Below are positions 21,744 to 28,858 of a stretch of 64,000 nucleotides of DNA, in pieces; position 1 is the stretch's first letter, and the number at the start of each line of letters is the position of its first letter. The notes under the pieces are model-generated. The model was not told the origin of the DNA. It searched no databases and saw only the letters and a program-made list of their open reading frames with translations. The stretch comes from an uncultured Burkholderiales bacterium. Lineage in GTDB: Bacteria; Actinomycetota; Acidimicrobiia; IMCC26256; JACPCJ01. The stretch lies in assembly GCA_964615175.1 (NCBI GenBank), contig CAZTOV010000003.1, forward strand, positions 3,708 through 67,707, written 5' to 3'. The position numbers and the translations under genes are program-made.

Positions 21744-22781
21744 GTGATGGACCCTTTGGTTGCAGACCAATGCGACCGAAAGGAGTCCATCACCGTGACC
21801 CCCGACCAGATCATCTTCCATCGTCGCGTCCGCGCGATCGAACATGCTGAGGAATCCGGGAACGTCTCGGAGACCTGCCGGGTCTTCGGGATCTCCCGAA
21901 CCACGTTCTACAAGTGGCAGAACCTGGCCGAGGACTATGGCCTCGATGCTCTGATGCCCAAGGGCCGTCGTCGCCCCCAGATGCCGAATGCCACCCCGAC
22001 TCACGTCGTCGAGGAGATCCTCACCTTGGCGGTGATGCGACCCACACTGGGGTGCCGGCGCTACGCCGACGAGTTGGAGCAGCGTGGCTATGCGGTGTCG
22101 AAGACCACGGTGCAGAAGATCCTGGTGGACCACGGCCTCGGCCGGCGTTCCCAGCGGGTGGCGAGAGCGGCCGCCCTCGCTGCGCTCACCGCCGGGCTGG
22201 TCACCGAGGCGGCGGTCGACGACGAACTGTTCGGGTTCTGCCACTTCGCTTCGGACCCGGGCCAGCTCGTGGCGCTCGATTCCTTCTACATCGGGAACCT
22301 CAAGGGCGTGGGGAAGGTGTACCAGCTCACCGCGGTGGACACCGCCACGCGCTGGGCGGTGATGCTGTTGCTGATCGGCCCCGTCACCGCCGAGGACACC
22401 ATCCGCTTCGTGGACCACGCCGTGCGCCGCTTCCGCCGCCACGGCATCCGAGTGCGCAGCGTCCTCACCGACAACGGACCCGAATACAAGGCCCGAGCTT
22501 TCCAACACGCCCTGGCCGCCAAGGGCCTCCAGCACCACCGCACCCCTCCTCGGAGCCCCAACCACAACGCCGTGTGCGAACGCTTCCAGGGCACCGCCCT
22601 CCAGGAATGCTGGCGCCCCGCCTTCCACCGCCGACGCTTCACCAGCGTCCGCCAGCTCCAAGCCGAAGCCGACTCGTGGCTGGTCGACTACAACACCCGC
22701 CGACGCAACCACAGCGACTTCATGCGAGGCCGCACCCCACTCGAGGTTCTCGACAGCCACAAGAAAAAGCAGGCAGCATGA
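21744..22781 (+). CDS. IS481-family (rve/DDE) transposase
   Basis: 345 aa. HTH region CRVFGISRTTFYKWQ. DDE core (LVALDSFY..., TDNGPEYK..., RSPNHNAVCERF). Confidence 0.9.
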   Translation: MMDPLVADQCDRKESITVTPDQIIFHRRVRAIEHAEESGNVSETCRVFGISRTTFYKWQNLAEDYGLDALMPKGRRRPQMPNATPTHVVEEILTLAVMRPTLGCRRYADELEQRGYAVSKTTVQKILVDHGLGRRSQRVARAAALAALTAGLVTEAAVDDELFGFCHFASDPGQLVALDSFYIGNLKGVGKVYQLTAVDTATRWAVMLLLIGPVTAEDTIRFVDHAVRRFRRHGIRVRSVLTDNGPEYKARAFQHALAAKGLQHHRTPPRSPNHNAVCERFQGTALQECWRPAFHRRRFTSVRQLQAEADSWLVDYNTRRRNHSDFMRGRTPLEVLDSHKKKQAA

Positions 22782-22842
22782 CCATCAGCCAAAGGGTCCA
22801 CCTGTCAGGTCGACTCCCGGGCGGGAAGGCCTAGAAGAGTGA

Positions 22843-24459
22843 TCAGGAGACAGCGACGTCTCGGTGTCGATTCGTGGAGCACTTGTGTTGCGCGCCGCTC
22901 TCACCGAACCATCGCCTCGCTCGCTGGCTCGGACCGCCGGGCTTCTTGTCGATGATGTGCACCGTCCACGGTTTCCCGTCACGATCGGCGAGCGCAAGAC
23001 GCACAACCCCGAGGAGGTGGGTGTCGACGGAGGCGAGAGCATGACCCATGACCGCGACGGTGTTGGTGACCGAGAAGACCCCACGGGCCGCATCGGCGAT
23101 TTCGGCGAGCGGTGCCGCGGCGTAATCCTTGAGTTCCTGCGGGGGTATTAGTACTTGGCGGAACGATGAGGGTCGCCCGCGACGCGGGGGGCAGTCACAG
23201 AATCGCCGAATGGCGCCAACCGTCGCCCACGGTTCGAGCCAAGATTGCCAGCGATGGATGCGCCCCGGACATTCGGCCAGGTCGATCGACCCGTGAACCT
23301 TGAGGAGTGGTAACCAACGCGGAGCGCGCACCAGACGTTCCTCCGCTATTCGATCCGCGCCAGCCATATCAAGCGCGTCGGGAAACGACCCAGGCATCAT
23401 GTTTGGAAAGTGGCGTCCCCCCGAGTAGCGCCGGACTCTTGTTCCAAACTCCAGGACCCGAAACGGCTGGCGAATGTCGCTGGCGGCGAGTGTCCACGCG
23501 GTCTCGACGAACAAGTCGTAGTTCGTGGTTACCACGGCATCGCCTCTCGACAAACGCTTGACGAGGTCGTAGTACACATCGAAGAAGCCAGCCAACGATC
23601 GAAGTTGAGCCCCGTTAGCCGAGCAGCGTCGAGCTGCCCACAGTAGGTCGAGCCAACGGTCGCCCCTGCGCTCTTCGTTGTGGTGACCTTGTGGGATCAG
23701 AAGAAAGTCGCCCGGGTTGTCGTGAAGGAGCCTTCCTCGCAGCGACAGCCAGAAGTCGTCTTCAGTAATCCGGCGCCCGGTGTCACCGCTGAGCTTCTTC
23801 CAAAGGAGACCGGCAGCGTCGAACATTGCCGAGGGTGGTTGGCCGTCTTTGGTCGGGATTTCGTACACGCGGGTACACACTCTGGCTATTGTGTCGACCG
23901 CTTGTCGCTCATGGCGGTTACGCGCGTCGCGGCTGTCCGGTGTGTTCACCGCGTGCGACAACAGAACTTGCCCGAGTACTTGCTTCTCGGGCGTGAGTTC
24001 TCTTAGCAGCTGGTCCTTCGCCCATTCTTCGGGGGATTCGAGGAACGCCCGGACCGATTCGATGGAAGATTGAGCGTACGGCGCGTTCCAGAGGGGGAGA
24101 CGCACATCTTCGAGTGCCTCGACGATGCGGCGGTGGCAGCTCGCGATCACCCCGTTGTGAACTGTGAGGATCGCGCGTTGGAGGCTTCGCAAGTCTCGAG
24201 CTGATCGTCCCCCTGCTGATCGCTGACCTATCAGAGCCTCGTCGCAGGCTGCCCATGCTTCTTGTATTGGGGGGTGCTTCAAGCGTTCGTCGTCCGGATC
24301 GTAGGGAATTCGCTGGTCCTCCATGAACTCACGGACGATCTCCGTGGAGCGAACGGGCGCGTCGCGAACGACATCTGGGGTAAGAAAGTCCCATAGCGTC
24401 GGCGCCCCGGCCGGGGCGGACGCGCCGGCGCCGAGCAGCCAAACCACAGCCATCGCCAC
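22843..24459 (-). CDS. SIR2-like (SIR2_2-type) protein, candidate NADase defence effector
   Basis: 538 aa, GTG start (alternative ATG 24453). Motifs LLGAGAS (aa 8-14), VVTTNYD (aa 309-315), LLKVHGS (aa 385-391). About 295 aa lie between the first two motifs. Lower-GC context. The stop is 6 nt from the IS481 right end. Confidence 0.7.
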   Translation of the reverse strand: MAMAVVWLLGAGASAPAGAPTLWDFLTPDVVRDAPVRSTEIVREFMEDQRIPYDPDDERLKHPPIQEAWAACDEALIGQRSAGGRSARDLRSLQRAILTVHNGVIASCHRRIVEALEDVRLPLWNAPYAQSSIESVRAFLESPEEWAKDQLLRELTPEKQVLGQVLLSHAVNTPDSRDARNRHERQAVDTIARVCTRVYEIPTKDGQPPSAMFDAAGLLWKKLSGDTGRRITEDDFWLSLRGRLLHDNPGDFLLIPQGHHNEERRGDRWLDLLWAARRCSANGAQLRSLAGFFDVYYDLVKRLSRGDAVVTTNYDLFVETAWTLAASDIRQPFRVLEFGTRVRRYSGGRHFPNMMPGSFPDALDMAGADRIAEERLVRAPRWLPLLKVHGSIDLAECPGRIHRWQSWLEPWATVGAIRRFCDCPPRRGRPSSFRQVLIPPQELKDYAAAPLAEIADAARGVFSVTNTVAVMGHALASVDTHLLGVVRLALADRDGKPWTVHIIDKKPGGPSQRARRWFGESGAQHKCSTNRHRDVAVS

Positions 24460-24502
24460 AGGTCAACAGCTTCGGCAGGCCAACGCAACCGACCCACCGC
24501 CA

Positions 24503-24841
24503 TCACCTCAGCTGCTCCTGAGGCCGAACCCAGTGAGCAACAAGCTCGATTGTTCGCGTGTAGCGGCGACGCGCCCAGCGTCCGGGACGGCAAGCCTGCG
24601 ACGGTGCATTGGATCGGGTTGCCCACCGGCGGCACCGAACCGGCGTATGTCGTCGGTCCGAGACGCCTCCACGCGCTCGCCCGGTGAGGTGAATCAGTTG
24701 CACCTTCTGGATGATGGGCTCGAAAAGCCGGCGTACGATTTGTTCGCAGAGCCGGTCTTCACTCTCCCGGGTCAGATCGCCGACCCTCAGATTCTCGGAC
24801 AGAATGTCGTGAAGGGTCCACGACTCGGAGTTCGCTTCCAT
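24503..24841 (-). CDS. Candidate small ORF upstream of the SIR2-like gene (uncertain)
   Basis: ATG 24841. The first ~55 codons (MEANSESWTLHDILSENLRVGDLTRESEDRLCEQIVRRLFEPIIQKVQL..) have clearly higher third-position GC by my count than the overlapping plus frame. The Arg-rich distal half looks non-genuine, so there may be a frameshift. Confidence 0.3.
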   Translation of the reverse strand: MEANSESWTLHDILSENLRVGDLTRESEDRLCEQIVRRLFEPIIQKVQLIHLTGRARGGVSDRRHTPVRCRRWATRSNAPSQACRPGRWARRRYTRTIELVAHWVRPQEQLR

Positions 24842-25160
24842 GGATCTCGAAGCTGTCGATGACAGGATCCTCGCCGAACTTGGAGCGTCGCTTCTCGGGG
24901 AGGCGAAGGAGCTTTCACCCTCTGACGTTCGCCGACTGGCAACCATCGGCCGACATTGGCTTCGTGAGAATCTCGACGCGCTGGTCGAGATCATCTGCAG
25001 CGACCCACGCGTGGTCGGGTGGAGGGCGGCGAGTTCGTCCGACCCGGTCGAACTTGCTGCTCTGGTTGCAGACGCCTTCGCGGGTATGCGGGGTTGGCCG
25101 CCCGCCGCGTCGATCGCACGACTCGTGAGCCGTATCGGTATCGACCGATTCTGTTCGTGA
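24840..25160 (+). CDS. Hypothetical small protein, translationally coupled to the HExxH protein
   Basis: 106 aa. ATG 24840 lies inside CCATGG, shared with the minus-strand ATG at 24841. The stop overlaps the next start (GTGA at 25157-25160). Confidence 0.5.
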   Translation: MDLEAVDDRILAELGASLLGEAKELSPSDVRRLATIGRHWLRENLDALVEIICSDPRVVGWRAASSSDPVELAALVADAFAGMRGWPPAASIARLVSRIGIDRFCS

Positions 25161-26458
25161 CCATCGCGGAGTCGATCGCTCAGGCCATCCGATGGCGCCT
25201 CGATGTCGATGAGATTGAGGAAAGCCGCCGAAATGTCGATGCGCAGGTCGAACGTGGGTTCGTTTTCGAGCCCGAAGAGATGCCCCTGGTCGAGGCTGCG
25301 CGCGCCAAGATCGACGCCGATGACTCTTGGGCCGATGCGTTCATCGGCGCGATCACCGCATACCTGAGTGACTCCCGCCGAGTCGGCGACAGCGCAAAGG
25401 CCACCTCAGCGTTACGTGATCGGGCGGCGATCACCTTCGTTGACCATCTCGGCGTCAGCGTGACCGTCAGTCGATGCAGTGACGAGTCCGTCCTCATCGT
25501 GGCCGATCGAGGTGTTCTCTGGATGCTCAGCGCACTCGCGGCGACGCTCGCTTCGGTCTGGCCCATTGGGGGCCACAGGTCGGTGACGACGTCCGTCCCC
25601 CTCGAGCTTCGCGTCGAGGCAGCAGCCCGGCGTCTCCTTCGCAACCCACAGCCACTTGTGCGCCACCGACACGCGCCGAGTCGCTACGCGCTGCAAGCCG
25701 ATCTCGTCTTCCACGCGATGACGTTCGCGATCGCGCACGAGTTCGGACACGTCGCGTTGGGGCACACCGTTAACGGCCGTTCGTCGTCCTTCGCAGGCAC
25801 GGAAGTAGCCGTACCGGCTGGCGTCACGGTCGAGGAGTTCGCCGCTGACGCCGCTGCCCTTCGCGCATGTCTTCAGGAATCCGAGTCAGAGGCCGATGAG
25901 CTGTTGGTGCGTCTTGCCGGCGTTCGCTGTCTCTTCACAACGCTCAGCACACTGGAGCGTTACGCCTACGCCGTCCCCGCGACCAGCCATCCGCCAGCAG
26001 ACGAACGCTGGAGGCGCGTCGCAGGAGCACTCGTCCGCTCTGGTCAAAGGGAAGTCACTGACCGGCTCGACGGCCTCTGGCACGCGACGAGAGCCGGCAG
26101 TACACCGGCGCGACTACCGAGCCCGAGCGATCTCGTCTCCCGCCTTCGATCCGATGCGAGTCTGTGCCAGGAGATCCTCCCCGAGAACGCGGTTCGGTCG
26201 CTCGCGGCAGCGGATCGTTGGTTCACGACACCGTTGGAGATGCACCGCCGATATTTGGCTGAGGCACATGTCGACCACGGCGTAGAGCTCGAGTCGGCGG
26301 GGCGCGCCATCCACGATGCCGTTAGTGCCGCCGTGTCGTCAGGTGGGCTCAGTTGGAGAACGCTGTTCGATGCGATCGAGAACCGCAACCAACGACTGCT
26401 TCCATCGAAGACCGCGATCTCTGTTGCTCGAACTGCATACGCAGACTGTCGCCCCTGA
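25157..26458 (+). CDS. HExxH zinc-metallopeptidase-like protein (ImmA/IrrE-like motif)
   Basis: 433 aa from GTG 25157. Single motif FAIAHEFGHVALGH. No other recognisable domain by eye. Confidence 0.55.
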   Translation: MTIAESIAQAIRWRLDVDEIEESRRNVDAQVERGFVFEPEEMPLVEAARAKIDADDSWADAFIGAITAYLSDSRRVGDSAKATSALRDRAAITFVDHLGVSVTVSRCSDESVLIVADRGVLWMLSALAATLASVWPIGGHRSVTTSVPLELRVEAAARRLLRNPQPLVRHRHAPSRYALQADLVFHAMTFAIAHEFGHVALGHTVNGRSSSFAGTEVAVPAGVTVEEFAADAAALRACLQESESEADELLVRLAGVRCLFTTLSTLERYAYAVPATSHPPADERWRRVAGALVRSGQREVTDRLDGLWHATRAGSTPARLPSPSDLVSRLRSDASLCQEILPENAVRSLAAADRWFTTPLEMHRRYLAEAHVDHGVELESAGRAIHDAVSAAVSSGGLSWRTLFDAIENRNQRLLPSKTAISVARTAYADCRP

Positions 26459-26549
26459 GAGCGTGCGATTTCCTGCCGATGCCGCTGAGGAACTTGCTGA
26501 GATCGCCATCGAATGGGCCGCAGAGCGAGGTGCGGTCTTCGAGTGACCG

Positions 26550-27104
26550 TCAGCTCGTGGCTACTCCGTCTTCATCGATGTTGTCGAACAGTGAGGGGGT
26601 CCCCAAGCGCCATCGCCACGCGCGCCGTCCTCGACTGGTCCTGAGAAGCCGCAGCCGGGTCTGTCCGAGTCGATACTCGGCGGCGTCCACGTCGACGTCC
26701 TTGGTGCCATCCCACGCGGCGCTGATCGCCAGGCTCGCGTTGAGCACGTCGCCCGCCGCGTCGACGAGATCGGCCCTGGCGTGTTGGATCAGCTCGCCAT
26801 GTGCCCGGACGACTTCGTCGATCTTCGCGAGCCCGCGCTCCATGATCGCGATCGCTGCTTCCCGCGGAACCGCTGGTCGTCGGTCCACGAACAGTTGGCG
26901 CCAGAGGGGGCCATCGGCGAACGCGTGGCCGAACCGCACGATGCCCTGGACGGCCATCGCTGTCGTGGCGAGGTCCGTCACCGCTTGCTCTTCGGATCGT
27001 CTCCGTTCCGCCCACCGTCCGAGGCCGTGGTTGACCAAGTAACCGACGATGGCGATTAGGGCTGCGACGACGATTGCGTTTGCTTGGCTCATGGCGTTCA
27101 GCAT
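26550..27104 (-). CDS. Hypothetical membrane-anchored protein
   Basis: 184 aa. One N-terminal TM (AIVVAALIAIVGYLV), helical remainder. Lies downstream of the Xis-like ORF on the same strand. Confidence 0.5.
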   Translation of the reverse strand: MLNAMSQANAIVVAALIAIVGYLVNHGLGRWAERRRSEEQAVTDLATTAMAVQGIVRFGHAFADGPLWRQLFVDRRPAVPREAAIAIMERGLAKIDEVVRAHGELIQHARADLVDAAGDVLNASLAISAAWDGTKDVDVDAAEYRLGQTRLRLLRTSRGRRAWRWRLGTPSLFDNIDEDGVATS

Positions 27105-27234
27105 GCCTCAATCAGGCGACGATCCAGGGGAGGAATCGCCGACGATCCAGTTGATTGGGGAGGTCGTAGCGCCACGCCTTCTGAGGCAACTACGGGGAGG
27201 GGTGCCCTTCCGGCTGGCGTCGCGCTTCGTCTAA

Positions 27235-27441
27235 CTACGCCACAACCTCGTCCTGATCGAAGCGAAACAGATGACCCCACTTGATTGTGAGGATCGGGAT
27301 GCGACGCTCGAAGACGAGTCGCCACACGTGCCGGACGGTTACGCCCGCGAACCGCGCCCAGAGCTGTCGTTCCGTGGCACTCATAGAAGACAGCGCTTCG
27401 TTGGCCCGGGAGCCTGAAGAGCGACGACGAGGCGGCGTCAC
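27235..27441 (-). CDS. Excisionase / HTH_17-type DNA-binding protein (orphan Xis)
   Basis: 68 aa. GVTVRHVWRLVFERRIPILTIKWGHLFRFDQDEV matches the MerR-like excisionase pattern (HTH, then 'hydrophobic-K/R-hydrophobic-G-x-x-hydrophobic-R-hydrophobic'). Confidence 0.65.
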   Translation of the reverse strand: MTPPRRRSSGSRANEALSSMSATERQLWARFAGVTVRHVWRLVFERRIPILTIKWGHLFRFDQDEVVA

Positions 27442-27514
27442 GGTGGCAGCGGCGGGGATCCGGCGATAGCCAGCGGAGGATCACCCCAGCGGACGTGGCA
27501 CGCTGGATGTTCTC

Positions 27515-28351
27515 ATGAAGGCCCGTGCAACCGCCGCTCTTGCTCAGCTTCGCGATGGCGAGTTCATCGAGGCGGTAGCGCGCGGTCTGTCACTGACCGT
27601 TGAGTGGATCGAGAACCTCGAGAGGTGGGCAAGTCACCTCGAGGAGAACCACGCCGGCGGTGCTGATGTCCTTCGGGTCGTCGCCGACGAGGAAGCCGCC
27701 AAGTACCTCATTCTTGTGGACGCTGTTCGGTGCCCACGACGCTCCCAGAAGGTGCGGGTCAGGCAGCTGAAGCGGTGCCACAGGCATATCGAGAAGGGGA
27801 TCTACGCCGAGGCGTGCGACTACTCGCCGTCTACATACAAGGACCTCCTCGGTTATATCGAGCACATGCGGCTCAGCCATTATCTCGATGGCCCCAACGA
27901 CGTTGATTGGATCTTTCGCAACGTGGTCGAAGCCCGGCGTGAGGAGCGGCTCTATGTCGATTACGTCGAGGGCGACGACGGTCAGGAGTGGTGGACGCCT
28001 TCCCGCTTCGACAGGCTGTCGGTGTGGTCATCGGACTCGTCTGCAGTTCGCGTGGTCCGGTCCCTCACCCGAGCGGGTCTTGGCGTTCCCGCCGGCCTGA
28101 GGATCGTGGCCGACATCTGGCGCGAGTTCGAGGTGAGGGACGAGACGACGTACGCGGAGCTGCGAAACACGATCAACGAGACGGTTCTCCGCCTGAAATC
28201 GGCCGGGGTCTTCCAGGCGGATTTCGCCGGCCATGATCACAGCGTGATCGTCGACTCCTGGCAGTTCCCCCTGTATCTCGCCGACCTCACCGTGATCGAG
28301 GTCGACGTGGAGGAACTGCGCGAGCGGCAGCGCAATTGGACGCCCGACTGA
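27515..28351 (+). CDS. Hypothetical protein, weak HEPN/AbiV-like features
   Basis: 278 aa. N-terminal helical segment ending VVADEEAAKYLILVDAV resembles the AbiV EExxK helix. R/H-rich LKRCHRHIEK. No firm assignment. Confidence 0.45.
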   Translation: MKARATAALAQLRDGEFIEAVARGLSLTVEWIENLERWASHLEENHAGGADVLRVVADEEAAKYLILVDAVRCPRRSQKVRVRQLKRCHRHIEKGIYAEACDYSPSTYKDLLGYIEHMRLSHYLDGPNDVDWIFRNVVEARREERLYVDYVEGDDGQEWWTPSRFDRLSVWSSDSSAVRVVRSLTRAGLGVPAGLRIVADIWREFEVRDETTYAELRNTINETVLRLKSAGVFQADFAGHDHSVIVDSWQFPLYLADLTVIEVDVEELRERQRNWTPD

Positions 28352-28858
28352 GCTGTCCAAGGACGCCTTCCCACGTGAGCCACTCCGACGACCGCCGGAC
28401 AGCGCCGTCAAATGCGCTACGCAATGACCTTGGAGTGGCATGCCCGCGAGGGCCGAGAGGCTCTTTTCACCGGCGATGCGGCAGTCCCTTGTGGCTTGAC
28501 CAGCCGCTTCGCGGACTTGACACAGCTACCAATCGGGGGCGAGCAGCTCGTCATGTGACCACCGAGCGGGGCGACGCGAGCCACGTCGAGCCCTACGCGA
28601 GTCTTCTCCCGACCGCAAGGGTGGTGGCCTTTGAGGTGCTTACCCGCAATGGCCCCACTTCGTCGAGTTGGCGCCATGGTCGCACGCGCGCGTCCAATCG
28701 CCGGCTGTTGCGGGCGCATTCTGGAGCGTCCCCAAGTAGGCACTTCGGAGACGGGGGCTCTGCGGTGATCTCGTGGACGTCCAAGCCGGGGGGATCTGGC
28801 CTGCATCGAGCATCCGGTCCGCGGATCAATACCAAACGGGTCTTCTAACGTTGGTGGC

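Larger units (their letters stand above)
20245..22837 (+). mobile_element. IS481-family insertion sequence, interrupted by an ISL3 element
   Basis: Terminal inverted repeats CTTCTAGGTCTTCCTGTCCGGG (20245-20266) and the reverse complement of 22816-22837 (CTTCTAGGCCTTCCCGCCCGGG) match at 19/22. It encloses an rve-type transposase ORF. About 1.15 kb once the nested ISL3 is removed. Confidence 0.75.

Noticed and set aside
24323-24862. 179-aa plus-strand ORF in the SIR2 / HExxH intergenic region
   Set aside because: Its third-position GC is lower by my codon count than the overlapping minus frame, and its composition is Pro/Ser/Arg-rich. The 24279..24635 minus frame was likewise not called because it would overlap the SIR2 start by 180 nt.
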